Made by a program: the position numbers and the translations under genes
Assembly: GCF_006345805.1 (NCBI RefSeq)
Contig: NC_043003.1
Location: 47,368,001 to 47,432,000, forward strand
Direction: 5' to 3'
DNA length: 64,000 nucleotides
DNA from: Octopus sinensis
Taxonomy: Eukaryota
Notes under the pieces: model-generated
Databases searched by the model: none
The model's input: only the letters and a program-made list of their open reading frames with translations
What the model was told of the DNA's origin: nothing
Part shown: positions 11,481 through 25,348 of the stretch, in pieces
Numbering within the stretch: position 1 is the stretch's first letter
Layout of the letters: the number at the start of each line of letters is the position of its first letter

Positions 11481-12007
11481 TGAAATAAGAGCTCCCTTAC
11501 TAGAAAAACAGGGTATCCAGCTATAAAACAATATCCCAAACAACATATTTATCTAACCTATGCAACTATGGAAAAATGGATATGAAATGAACTGACAAAT
11601 GAACATATAATTGCTACCGCAACTCAAGAACCTTCCCTTGTTTGTTTGCTTGGAAAATGAGGTGAAGAACAATAAAATCTAAAACGAAAAATGAAGCATG
11701 AACAAGCATGCTCAAGTGTTTTTATTGTCCTAAATATGTTCAAATAGAATTCTTTCTTATCAGATAAGATTAAAATTTCAATTCCTTGTTTGATCTTAGT
11801 AGGTATTTCATTTCTCTGGAGAAAGAGAGAGAGAGAGAAGAAACAGTGTCAAGAAAAAAAGCAAAGAAATAAATAAAACAAGTTGTATTTAATGCAAGTT
11901 TAGTGTTTCAGAAATGAGAAAGAGGGTGGCTAGCTCTGAAATTATATTAACTGTTAGCTACTGCTGTGCTTATGATTTCACCTGATATATGTTGAGATGA
12001 CATTTAA

Positions 12008-12225
12008 CCCTTTAGTGTTTAAACCAGCCAAATCAGGCCCAAATATTCTACCTCATTTTATGTTCAAACCAGCTAGATTTGACCTCTTACACCTCCCCTA
12101 CAATCTCATTCTGAAAACAGACAATCACATCAAATTTCAAGGCTATGAGATAATGCCTGATTAATTCAAAACAAATGGAAATACATAAGCATTACATTTT
12201 TCAGAGTAATCTGAATGCTAAAGGG
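12008..12225. mobile_element. piggyBac-like MITE
   Basis: TTAA-CCCTTTAG...CTAAAGGG-TTTT. Same family as 33548-34108; partial copies near 29880-30085 and 56620-56820. Confidence 0.7.
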
Positions 12226-15200
12226 TTTTATCTTTTTGTGTTTTTTGTTCCTAAATAAAGTGTCACTTTGTCTACAGTATCTTGTGCTTGAATAAAGTAG
12301 TTTGTACTCCCCTGGAAATTAGATTAACATTGTTAATTTTGTATATGTTGTATAGGAAAGTAAGATTTGATTTAAAAAGATAATGACCGCACTAAAAAAG
12401 TAGGCTTAATGTGAACTTGATTTTTAATTTCACCAAAGTTGCTATGGAGATAAGTAAATATTTTACTTTTCAAAAAACAAAAAAGAAAAAAGAAAAAGAA
12501 AGTAAAAAGATAACAAGATTAGAATGGAGAGGAAGGGCAGAGCTTATAACCTTTTTATATTTTCCTAGATTTCATGCAAGATTAAAGATTGTTGTGTGTG
12601 GTTAATTTGGTTGATTTTTTTTTAGTTGAAATTATTGCATATTAGAGATTGATGGGGAAAAGTGGAAGTAGAACTGGATAAAGTACTTATTTTGGTTTGT
12701 AGAAGATAGAGAAAAGAATTAGACAGATTTATAGTTTCCTGATAGATGTATTTGTTTACATAATAGATGGTACTTAATTTTCTCTTCAGAAGAAGAATGG
12801 CTGTTGTAGTTATAGTAGAAGAGAGAGAGAGAGAGAGAGAGAGAATACAATCGAATAGTTGTAAGGAGCTGATGAGTGAGAGCTTGTATGTCAAGATGAC
12901 GGCTTTTTTAATGTGATTTAGGATTTTTGTGTAATATGTACTTAAGAGAGTACTTAAGAAAAGGACACAAATGGACATTGTAAGTAGTTATTGAGGGTTA
13001 AACTTGATTTCCAACTGTCTCAAATAGCCATGTCTTTCTGAGATATTTTAATTTAAACAGAGATGGATTAAAATAATTGTCCAGAAGGAAATATATTTAA
13101 ACCCTAACTTGAGCTCAACTAGCACACATCTTGAGGGAAGTTGGTTCTTAGTTGAGCTAAAAATGTTACTAATTGTTTTATCATCTCAGTTCTTGTCTCT
13201 TACTGTTGATCCATTTCAACCTAAGATAACCAAAATATATTGTTTTTTTTTGTTTGCAATAAAAATGTTTCAAAACACAACTCACATACACATATTCAAT
13301 CTTGCTTTGTTGTATAAATTTCCTGCTGTATAATTTAACTAATGTAGTTCATCAGATATGATAAGCCTGATTACAAGGTAGATATAAAATTATATTTATA
13401 TATGATGACAGCTAAGTATGTATTAAAAAATGTCAATGTTTTTTTTATTTTTTTTTTTTACCATAACTTTTCCATGCCTGCATGTATGGGGTAGATTTTG
13501 TTGCCTGGGGATTCATTGCAGAGTCAAAAATAGTAAGGTTTGAACTTGTGACCATGTTGCCAATAGGGTACTTTTATCTCATACTTGTTCATTGTGATTA
13601 TCATTTTGATTATCATCATTCATTTTCCACTTTTCTGTATTGGTATATGTCTCTATATTCTAGATTACTTATGGCTGTTCTTTCATATTTTAGATACAAA
13701 AGAAGTGAAAGTGCCAATGTTGTTTATTTAAATTTTTATTATTTTAATTGAACAAAAGTGTGACTTATAGTGGTGGTGGAGCCATGCCTTACTAATGCCA
13801 CAGCCAAGTTGTTGCAATCAGTAAAAGAATAGGTTAAATTAATACACTTGTAAAACAGGTTAGAACAAAGTAGTTGTCCATAGCCTTTGAGAGAACTTGT
13901 GTTAATATACTAGAAATAGAGCTAAGTCTGTCAATAGACCTACCATTTCCTCATAACAAATCAAGTCGTGAACTGATTATTTCTCTCAAAATACACTCCA
14001 ACATTGTTAAACAAAGACAAGTCTGAGAAAAAAAAAAGCAAGACAAAAACAACACAAAAAAAACTGACCAGATGGTCACAACTGGAACAATGTCTTTAAT
14101 ATAATTCTACTTAGGCAGGACAAAATAACAATATAAATACATCACTTTATACATTACTAGCATTGCCATTACACTGAAGACTGAGTGTTTGGATTTGGTT
14201 TTGCTGCATTCTTAATAGAATTTAATACTTCTGCAGGTAAAAAGTAAAAAAAGAAAGCTACCATCATTTTAACATTCAATTTTCCATGCTTGCATGGGTA
14301 GCACTGAATCTATTGAGGCAGATTTTCTACATCCAGGTGCTCTTCCTGTCACAACCCTCACCTGTTTCCAAGTAAGGTTATATTTCCCTATGGTCAAATA
14401 CGTTTTCATGGAAGATTGGAAACAAAGGAGACTGCTTGCATAACAACGACACTTGCTTACAACTATCACACGATATCCAGACATGGAGACAGGAACACAC
14501 ATGGACAAACACACACATAGTTTCCTTCTAGCAAATTGGCTCACAAGGCTTTTGTGTGCTAGGGGCGATAGTAGAAGACACTTGTCTGGAAGTTGACTTC
14601 TTAGCACACAGCCATGCCTATGCCATGTGGTTAATAATTTTTCCTTAGCAAACATAGTTTCATGTTCAGTAAAACAACCTGGCACCTACACTTATGCTAT
14701 CATTGTGAATTTAGAAAATGAAGTCATGGAGAGTAGTGAGTTTAATTAATGTAAAGTGTGTCTTATAACCCATAGGGTTACAGTAGCACCACTGAGGACT
14801 TTGTCTTCATTTATCAAGGTAAGATGCCTTGGTTATTATTGTTGCTAGACCTCAAGTAAATACTGATCAACAGACAGACCCATGTTTTTGGATCAAGAAA
14901 CCTATGATCAAGAGTGTTTTGGCCATGAAATTCAGATCTAATTGGATAAGTTGGTATTGATCAAATGCGTTTCTGTATGACAATTTTCTATTTTCGTATC
15001 TAGGGCTATGTTGTACAATGTGTTCCTTCTTTTAAGTAATGTGTGATTTGAGAGAGATCTGCCTGCTATTGCTAGCTGGGCTAGTGACTGCATCGTGGTT
15101 ACTTTGTTGAATTGAGGTTGGCTTGGTGGAAACTGTTGTTCTGCAGGTTATGCCCTGCAGGTGGAATTGAACTCAGTGCTGCTTGAAGTTAACAATTCAA

Positions 15201-16239
15201 TTTTACTGTTTAAAGTGTTACAAGTGCTTATAGTAATGGGGTATTATTAACTTTGTGGTACCTAGTTGCAACTAAGTGAACTGAGCTATTTGAATGTTGT
15301 GTCAATGTCAGAGTATGAATTGCTGACCTCTTCGCTATTTGACTGGTAATCTATCAACTAAGTCTTCCTCACACCCACACTAATACATATGGTGTTGTGC
15401 AGTGAAGTATAACTGTCTTATTGTGTACACGAATTCTTTTCAGAGCTCATAGAATATATTGCTTGGCTTAGAACGCAGTGTTGGTGGATGGATATATCTA
15501 GAAAAGAAAACCAATAGGGTTCCAATAACACGACTCTGGAAGTAAATACTCAAACGAAAACTTTTTACAAGTTCATTTAGAACAACAAAATGTAATTAAA
15601 TACCTAATCTCGCTATTCTAAAGGGAGATAACTGAAATATTTTAATATTTTATGAGTTATCTCTCTTACAGTAAACAAGTACTTGAATTAACATTCATGT
15701 CTTTATAAGTACTGTGAAATTTAACTACGTTGTAAGAACACAGGTCTTTTCAGTAGCTTGGAATAAGGATCGAACTAAACTGTTTCATTGTTATTTAACA
15801 ACACATCGGGATTCGCTGACTTCATTTTCAAGATGCCGAGTTGAAGTAGCAGAAGTCTGTTTATAAACAAAATTGTGCTAGACATTTACACAAAGATACC
15901 CGTCGTCTTTCAATATATCTGTTCACCCTTAGTTTTAGTTTAGTAATTTATGAATGGAATTTGATAGGATTACTAGAAGCTCTATAATCTCTTTTTCACC
16001 CTTGTTATTAATATATATTAATGTTATTATTTCTCTGTTTAATTAACCCTCCTCTCTGAAAGTGATGACAATTAAATGTGTGATTTTGAGTGAGATTTGC
16101 CTGCTATTTCTAGCAGATAAGTGCTATGATTTTCTTTACATTCATTTATGGTCACAGATTTTTTTTTATGCTGTGGATATTTTTCATTTGGGTTGATATT
16201 AATAGATTCTGAGTGTTTAACTCTATTGAACACAGTGCC

Positions 16240-17050
16240 TCAATTATTCTGTACTTGGTCCTACCTTTTTCCCTCCTTTTCTCTGATGACTTTCCAAATC
16301 ATATTTCTAAACTTGCCATCTATGCTGATGACACTGCTGTTTACTCCTGTCATGGCAAAATTAGTCACCTTGAACAAGTTGCCTTACTTGAGGGTGGACT
16401 TTATTTAGTTGTGGAGTGAGGTTGGTGACTGGCTGGTAGCTTTTAATGTTGGCAAGACAAACCCCTTGTTAATTAATTGTTATAGGCAGTCATTGCTTTA
16501 TATCATTGCTATGAGTGGGATTGATCTTTCAGAAAGCTACAGTATCCAACTTCTTGATTTGAGTTCGACTTTGGCTATGGTTTTCTCTTAGAAAAAAATT
16601 ATTCAGGGTATTGCCATTTTGGTTACCGAGAAGGTTGGATCTTCAGCGCTCACAAACTTCTTAGTTGAGAGTATCTTGTATCTCTGTAAGGCCACATTCA
16701 ACTTGGTATTGAATATTGCTGTAATTTTTGTGCTGGTATCTCATCTGAGTGTCTTAACTTGCTTAATCACGTTCAGAACTGAATTATTAACACAGCACAT
16801 CCTCTTTTTTGCATTAGGCTGGAGTCCTTTCACTCATTTTTGAAATGTATAAGTATTTCCATTTAAGTAGTCATTGTTCTGTTGAACCTTTTGTTAAGGC
16901 CATTAAACATGTTATCTGCTTCCATTCTCAAGCACATTGTTTCCCAGTCAAGTTTCCTGAGTTATGTCCTTTTATCCTGATAGCTTTTTTCCTTCCGCTG
17001 CTGCTCACTGGAACTCACTTCCAACATCTTGTTTTCCTCTGATCTATGAT
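16240..17050 (+). mobile_element. CR1-group LINE RT fragment, degenerate
   Basis: FPNHISKLAIYADDTAVYSC, WLVAFNVGKT, SILYLCKAT, LSLFYKYFH-like segments across frameshifts. Confidence 0.8.
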
Positions 17051-17689
17051 GTCTAATCCTTTAAGTTTTTTGTCAGTTGATATTGTTTGAATTTGAAGGC
17101 CTCTTCTTTTCCTTTTTTGTAGTCACATTACAGTGGCCTTGAGCACACAAATGGATGGAATGAACAGAGGCAATGTAGGGTAGAGCAGATTCTTTGAAAA
17201 ACTTTTCTAGTGCTGGTAGTACAATACATCTAATGAATGTTGTAAAGTGGTTGGTGAGAGGAAAGACATACATTATAAAATTAGACTAAAAACCAAAACA
17301 ATGATATACACAATAGAATTGGCTGGTTTAACCCTATTTTTGTGTGCCAGGTGATGAAGGCCCCCTATAAGAAGTGAGATGAAAGACTGTAGCAGGTGGT
17401 GAGATGGAAAATTATGCTAGTATTGGAAAATTGAAAATAAAATGATTATTAGATTAGTCCATGAAATACAACTATGTGTTTATCCATCATCATCATAATT
17501 TTTACATGCTAGACAGACAGGATTGAACAGGTTAGGTCAGAAGATCTCATTTTGTTCAACATATTGTTGGGTCTGCTGGTATCTACTTTGCTTTTCATCC
17601 TTTTCAGGTCAGTAAAATAAAGTGCCAGTCAATACTGAGGTTGATAGTATTGTTAGTAAGATGGTTAATAATTTTATGGGTGTCTGCCA

Positions 17690-18130
17690 AGTCAGCTGCC
17701 AGACATTGGAGTTTCAATGTATCCACGCTCAGGGAAGTAAGGTGTTCAGAATATGGCAAATGCCTGATGGAGAGTATTCTCTTGGTTGCACGTCACTGAA
17801 CAGTTTCTAGATGAATAATATCCTGGGCAAGATAGGGGTTCCAGACTGGTGATGCAAATTCCAGGTGTGGCTGCACCATAGCTGTATGAAGCTTCAGATA
17901 GATAGCCAGAGAGCGGCTCACAAAGGACATGGTAAGTGATGCCAAGACACCCTCAGCCTTCTTGGCAGTTTTAACAATGTGTTTTGTCCAATGCAAATCG
18001 CTGTTGACAATAACGCCCAGGTCACATTCAAAAGAGGACTTTTTGAGATAGTGTTGTGGAGGGAGTAAGTAGAAGCTGGATTTTTTACTCTCAAAATGCA
18101 TGGTGGTACATTTGTCCACAGCCAGCTTGA
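17690..18130 (-). mobile_element. CR1/L2-type LINE C-terminal RT fragment
   Basis: ECDLGVIVNSDLHWTKHI...AMVQPHLEFASPVWNPYLAQDIIHLETVQ, the CR1 RT-thumb signature. Confidence 0.85.
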
Positions 18131-18360
18131 GTTGCCAGTACTTTTCTCCTACCTCATTAATTATTCCTCTTACTTTCTCTTTGTTCTTTTCCCTCTTTCT
18201 CACTCTCTAATTTTTGTTTATCTTCCTCTTTCTTTCTCACATTCTCTTTCTCTCTCCCCATGCATTTTGTTGCATCTAATAGTGATTAAAACAACACTTC
18301 AACATATGGCTCATAGTTGATAACAAGAAAACAAAAACAAAATAATAAATTAAATCACAG

Positions 18361-18392
<32 letters not shown>

Positions 18393-21300
18393 AGTAGTAG
18401 TAGTAGGAGGAGGAGGAGGAAACTGTTGTAGCTAGTGGTGGTGATGTTTTTAACCCTAGATCAATCCTGATTGAGCAGATGTATCATCAAAGACATTTCA
18501 ACAATGGTACTTCCAGTTTTATGTGTACCTCTAGAGGTACATTGACTAATATGCCCTTCACCTTCATGGGTATTTTGCTGTAATTTCTAGTAGGTTAAGT
18601 GACTGCATAGAAGCTTTATCATTAGTTCAGTGGTTGTGAATATGAAGGTGATGGTGGGTTTGGAGGTAGTTAATAATAATAGTGATGGTGATGGTGGTGG
18701 TGGTGGTGGTGGTGATAAGGTCAAGGATCTTTATTTCAACTGATTTCAGAGGTCATATTTTTTTAAATTACATTTCTGACATTGACATTGTGTGTGTATG
18801 TGTGTGTACATGCATGTGCATATGTGTTCATGTGAATGTGACAAATGCTGATAATTTATGGAGATGTGGGTGAGTGCAGAACAAAACTTGTACAACAAAC
18901 TAAAATCATAACAAGAAAGAAAAAACAATATCACTCCCACCACCATCACCATTATAACTTACACCTCACCCCAGCATACAATGAAAAGGAAGTAAAGTCC
19001 ATTGTAGTTATTTATTTACCATTAAACCAGTGAATGGTGTAGTATTGTTTTGCCATTTATTAAAATTGTATGTCTATCTATCTAGCGTGTATATACTTAC
19101 TGCATAAAGAGAAATGTCTTCGTTTTTTCTCAACATTTGGGAGAATGTAAACAGAGATTCGTTTTCTGAAGCTGATCAAGATCATCCTCTGATATTGTCT
19201 ACATATGCAGGTATGTAAAAATCTAAAACAATTGAAATGTTGCTGCTGCTGTTGTTGTTTAGTCACAGGTCAATTCTAATTGAACAGATTTATAATCAAA
19301 GCCTCGACCAGCCTGTCGTTTTGTGCATCAAGGAATATAATGTTCAAAGTGTCCTTTTATCTTTAAAACAATAGGATCTGATTGGAGGGAGATTTAGCTG
19401 CGACTTTGTGCAGGCAAAGCAACTGCATCGAAGCTTTGTTATTGGCTTGGTCTTATTCTGTGAGAACAGGACGTTTTCAACAATAGTGCAAATCACCACT
19501 ATTCTACATAAATTCTAGTAATTATATTTGGCATGCATCTCTTATTTACCCAAACTGAATTTCGTGGCAATCTCTTTCTCTCACATATGCATTACATTTG
19601 ATATTTCAGTTGACATCTCTCACTTGCAATATTTTTTTTTGTATTATGTCCTTGTATAAAAAGAATAGCAAATGTCAATAAGAACTTTCTACTTTATTTG
19701 AAACTATGTCATGTGTTCAAACAGGAAGATAATGAAAGTCATTTAATTACAAAGTAGAGTGATAAAATTATGTTTATTTATGTTTTATCTTTGATAAGCT
19801 CTAGTCATTACTACAGTCCCACTGTAGTGTGGATTATAAATAATTATAATGAATCATCTCTATATATACTTTGTCCCCCTCTGAAATTAAACTCATAGAA
19901 GTGACATGTTTTGAACAGCTTTAGGGGAAGATTGTGACAACCAGTGGTGTTATTTAACAACTGATAAAGTTTCACATATCTCCCCCTTCCAAAATGCTGA
20001 AATAGCCTTCGTTCCCTTATCTTGAAGAAGGGCCAAGCAAATTCTGATGAGATTTTCTCATCTCAGTCTACCAAAAAGACCTTCACAGACCTAATTTCAA
20101 AGTGAAATATCATGGGTATAACTCCATTGATTCGTTTTGCACTGAAACATGGCAGCCACCAGTGTGAAAATAACTTCAATACGGAGCAAATAATTGAGGG
20201 AAAAATATTTGTGAAGATATTATTGACTCTATTATTATCTAGTGTAACAATTAAAAATGATAATAACAGAATCAATTATATAGGTGATTGCAGGCCCAAA
20301 ATGCATTAAATAGTTGAAGGATTAAAATTAATCAAAGGACATACTATGTATGTCCACCTGCTGGAAATAACAGTCAAAACTCTTATTTAAATGACCAAAG
20401 CCTGTGAGTGGATTTGGTAGTCGGAAACTGGAAGAAGCTCATTGTATATATATATATAATTATATATTTGTGTATGTTTGTGTTTGTCCCCCTCCCCCTG
20501 CTATCATTTGACAACCGATGCTGGTGTGTTTATGTCCATATGACTTAGTGGTTCAGCAAAGGAGGCCAATAGCATAAGTACTAGGCTTACAAAGATTAAG
20601 TTGAGGGGTTGATTTCTTTGACTGGCACCCTTGAAGGTGGTTCTCCAGCATGGCCAAAGTCAAATAACTGAAACGAATAAAAGAATAGTTATATATATAT
20701 ATATATAAAAAATTCCAAGTAGATGTCAACACTCATCAACAAGGAAACTATTGAAGTGCTATAACTTAACAACAATCTCAACCTACTTCTGATACAAATT
20801 TTGGAGCCTATGCGGATGTAAAAACAATTCTAGTTATTATTAGAGCCACTGTATGGATTTCAAGTGATACATTCATGGCAATAGTGTCAATTAACAATCT
20901 CTCCCTCCAGATTTAATTATTACTGTAGCATAATAACACCAGCTCAGATATGGTTAGGTATATCATCATCATAATCATCATTGTTTAACGTCTGCTTTCC
21001 ATGCTAGCATGGGTTGAACGATTGACTGAGGACAGGTGAACCAGTTGGCTGCACCAAGCTCCAATCAGATCTGGCAAAGTTTCTACAGCTGGATGCCCTT
21101 CCCAACGCCAACCACTCCGAGAGTGTAGTGGGTGCTTTTACGTGCCACCGCCACGAGGACCAGTCAGGCGGTACTGGCAATGACCATGCTCAAATGGTGT
21201 TTTTTACATGCCACCTGCACAGGAGCCAGTCCAGCAGCACTGGCAACGACCTTGCTCGAATGTTTTTTCATGTGCTACTGGCACAAGTGCCAGTAAGGCA

Positions 21301-21467
21301 GCGCTGGTAACGATCAATATATATATATATATGAAGGGTCGTTCTTTATGTTGTTTGTCTTGTTTTGCATTTGTGTTTTTCGTTGTTCGAAAAAATAGTT
21401 CATATTCCATGTACTCGTACTTTGTATTTTTTGTTGTACACATTTCATGACGTCCTGTGCCCACATA

Positions 21468-21518
<51 letters not shown>

Positions 21519-21944
21519 GTAAGTATGTACATATACGTTTGTTTTTATATATATATTATTTATATATATATATTCACACACACATACATACATATATATA
21601 TATCCTTTTATCCTTTTACTTGTTTCAGTCATTTGACTGTGGCCATGCTGGAGCATTGCCTTTAGTCAAACAAATCAACCCCAGGACTTATTCTTTGTAA
21701 GCCTAATACCTATTCTATTGGTCTCTTTTGCTAAACTGCTAAGTAATGGGGACGTAAACACGCCAACGGATAAGTCAGTTACATTGGCTTCAGTACTCAA
21801 CAGTATTTATTTTATCAACCCTGAAATGACAAAATGCAAAGTCGACTTCATCATAATTTGAACTCAGAATGTAAGGCATTTTGTTCAGTGTATTAACAAT
21901 TCTGCCAGCTCACCACCTTGTAATTATTATTAATATTAATGATA

Positions 21945-22500
21945 GGTGAAAGGCATTGAGCTGTCGTTAGCATGCTGGGCGAAGTGCTTAGTGGCATTTA
22001 ATCCCTCTTTACATTCTGAGTTCAAATTACAGTTAGGTTGACTTTGCCTTTCATCCTTTCAGGATTGTTAAAATAAGTACCAGTTGAGTACTGGGGTTGA
22101 TGTAATCAACTTCCTCCTTCCCTTGAACCTCTGGCCTTGTGCTAAAATTTGAAGTCAGTATTAAATGTAGGTAAAGTGACTAGGTAGCAGGATCATTACC
22201 GTGCCAGCTGAAATGCTTAGTGGCATTTCTTCTGACTTTATGTTCTGAGATCAAATGCTGCTGGGGTCGACTTTGCCTTTCATCTTTTCACTTGATAAAA
22301 TAAGTACTGGGATTGATGTAATTGACTTGTCCCCTCCCCTGAAATAAATGCCCTTGTGTAAAATTTGAAACCAATATTAAATGTTGGTTGTGTTGTTGCA
22401 GAAATGGTTGAATGTTGGTCTAAATTCTTTATATTACTTAGTTTTAGTTCCTTGCTTTTTGAGTTCAAATCCCACTTTCTTTCGTTTGTCCAGAATCAGT
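21945..22500 (+). mobile_element. Short train of the same SINE family (3-4 copies)
   Basis: Repeated GTTCTGAGTTCAAAT...GACTTTGCCTTTCATCCTTTC...AAGTACCAG units in + orientation. Confidence 0.8.
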
Positions 22501-23984
22501 AAACTAAGTAGTACACATTCTGTAGTGAATTAACTATACCTTTGTCTAGTGTATGTAGAACATTGGGCTAATGTAAAAAAAAAAATCATAAAAATTATTA
22601 TTATAATTTCAGTACTCCAGGTGTTGCAAGAAAGAGTTGAAAAACCTTTCTTCTTATCTTCATGGCAGTTGTAGAACCAGTTCAAGATAAACTGTAGAGC
22701 CATGGCGGGTCACCTATGGTCCAACAGAGTTAAGAAGACCATTTAACATGCAATTAACTTAGCTAGTTCCAAGTGCTTTGATTTGGAGTAAGGCTGAACA
22801 ATTGCCCTCTTGTGTGACAGACTGTCAGTTGTGTAGTACTATGTTTACTGAGGTCTTACCCTCATAGACTTCACCTCTGCCATTGTGGCTTTCCTGTAAG
22901 ACCATTATTGTTGCATATATTGACAGGGCTCTCCTTAATTGACACTCTCTGCTCTGGTCTGATCAAAGATTCGGTTGTGTGATCCATGCTCATTCTTTTG
23001 TATATTAACAACACATTTACTGTCATTTCTGATAATACACATTCTACAGCTAATGCTGTTATTTAATAATTTTTATCCTTTTACACAAGTGTAATCCATT
23101 TGTAACTTAGATACCACATGCCAGACCTGCACTGCCTCCTGTAAAAGAGACATTATTTAATATAAATGTGACAAACTTGTCTTTTATAGCATATAGACAT
23201 AATCACTACAGTTATCAAAAGCACATTCATGTACTTTATCTACTTTACTCATAAATGATTTGCAGTTTAAACTGAAGTCATGATAGGCCTCTATGTCCAC
23301 AGTGACTTCATATATATATTATTGCCAAAACTACAAACCACAAACCTAAGTCTAGGTTTTCTTTTAGAGTAGAAAATATTTTAGCTCTGATTAAATGTTG
23401 ACCTATAAAATTTAAGTAAGACCAACATTGTAGTATTGCTCAGACATTTGTTGTTAAGCTAATACTACATGCAAAAAAACATCCTAGATTGCATCCAAAA
23501 GAAGACTATTTTGACTTATTGACAGTGATCCACTCTGCAGTACATTCAAACCAGTAGCTTACAATTGCACTGTCTTTCTACCACTATTACAACAAACTTC
23601 TATGAATTTGCTAGTTACATATCTGTTCTGCCCAAGCCCAATGAAATCAACTTATTTTTTTTCATGTCACTCTGCTACTTTATCTCCATGACTCAACCAC
23701 TCTGCCCAATTCTTTCTTAGAATTACAGACTTAGAGATGTTAAAAATGAATATCAACCATATTAGTCTCACTGATATAAGTTCACAGATGCAGCTTCTCC
23801 TAGGATGAACTCATAAATAAAAAGAAGATAGGTAATTTGTTAGTGTCAGGTGGATAAAGCGAAACAGGTTTGTGTAGTGGATAAGGCAACTTTTTTCCTC
23901 TTACTTCATTCTGTTTTTAGGTTTATATAGTTTTTATCAAGGTGTTGTTCATATTCAAGCCAGCCTTGTTTGAACAGACCAACG

Positions 23985-25348
23985 GGATCTTTTCTATTCT
24001 GAAGCCAGGACCACAGATCTTTCTACTTAACTAAATAATCTGAAACTTCGTATGCTGATAGAGTCTAGCAAAACAAGACACAGGTTGGAACTAGTTTATT
24101 TGAGAAAAATCTATTTTATGACTTTAATCGTAGATTAAAACTGCGAATTTTAACCAATCAGATTGTTTGTTTTCATGTGTAAAACTTGACTGCATTCTAT
24201 TAGTGTGATGTAGAAAGCGCTTTTGTGACGTACTAACGTTCGGAAAACTGTAAACAAACACGGCAGACGAAATACGGCTACGCATTTCGCCCGGCGTGCT
24301 AACGTTTCTGCCAGCTCTTTGCTTTTTTAATATTAAATTTCGGCGAAGTTTCGCTTGTCGTAGCACAAGTTTTCCGTCGATTTCCGTAAAAAACTTTTAT
24401 TTTTTTACATAAGTAATGAGAGCGAAAGAGACTAAGAGGAAGCGATTTTATGACGAGGGAAGTTTGTCTTTGAAGTTACCGTCTAGGGCAGGGGTGGGCA
24501 AACTTTTTTGATCGCGGGCCGCACAGTGCGTCTTTGGAACCTTGGCGGGCCTCATTTATAAAAATCAAGTGAAAATATTGTGAATTACCGTACAGTTACG
24601 AAGTATCTGCATAGAAGTTGGGATTCATAAAAGCTCTCGGCGGGCCGCATGAAAACCTATGGCGGGCCGCGGGCCGTAGTTTGCCCACCCCTGGTCTAGG
24701 GGAAGCATTGATGTACATGTGTGTGTGTGTGTGTGTTTGATGGGGTGTGGGAGACAGTATGTTGTGTAAGTGAAGTGCTTCTGTTAGTGTGTGTGAAGAG
24801 ACAGAGAGAGTAATGTGTGAAAGAGAGAGATAACTGAAATTTTTTACTCGATGTATGTGTATATGTATGTCTGCATGTATGTGTGTGTGTGTGTATGTAT
24901 CTATGTATGTATGGCCAATTCATCGTAATTACGATTACGATGAATCGGCTATACATACATACACACACACACATACTTACACATACATACACACACACAT
25001 ACATGCAGACATACAGAATGGAAACATTTTCAATTTAATACATGTGGCTTATTAACTAGTTTTAAATATTGTTATTAGAAGGTGGCTGACTTGTTTACAT
25101 TTAAGATGTTAAATACGTCACGAAATTGGTGGTCGAGACGGAGTAAATAAAATAAAGCCGAATGACGGAATATCATTGGTTAAAATTCTAATTATTAAAC
25201 AACGTTAAACTTAGAAGTTACAATTCCGTTTTCATTCTGGTTTACAATTAAGTTTACTTTTGACACATTCTACCAGTATACGAAGTTTCAAATTGTTTGG
25301 TTCAGTAGGAAAAATTTGAAAAAACTGGCCTCAAAATAGAAAAGATCC
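23985..25348. mobile_element. Non-autonomous DNA transposon, probably Merlin superfamily
   Basis: Perfect 8-bp TSD GACCAACG (23977-23984 and 25349-25356). TIR GGATCTTTTCTATT(C/T)TGA(A/G)GCCAG, with imperfect inverted similarity extending ~250 bp. GG termini plus an 8-bp TSD fit Merlin best (inference). Confidence 0.85.
24489..24693. mobile_element. hAT MITE nested in the Merlin-like element
   Basis: Perfect 16-bp TIR CAGGGGTGGGCAAACT and perfect 8-bp TSD GTCTAGGG (24481-24488, 24694-24701), close to the Charlie-type NTCTAGAN target. CpGs are intact. Confidence 0.92.

Noticed and set aside
14175-14236. Minus-strand exon candidate VLNSIKNAAKPNPNTQSSV*
   Set aside because: Good acceptor, but no consistent upstream exon, and the same site reads equally well as a plus-strand donor.
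20043-20066. CTGATGA followed by a small hairpin as another hammerhead
   Set aside because: No GAAA after the stem and no stem I/III pairing.
25106-25142. ATG...CGGA|GTAAAT read as an alternative RUFY first exon (MLNTSRNWWSRR, phase 1)
   Set aside because: It lies inside the right arm of the Merlin-like transposon and mirrors the left arm.
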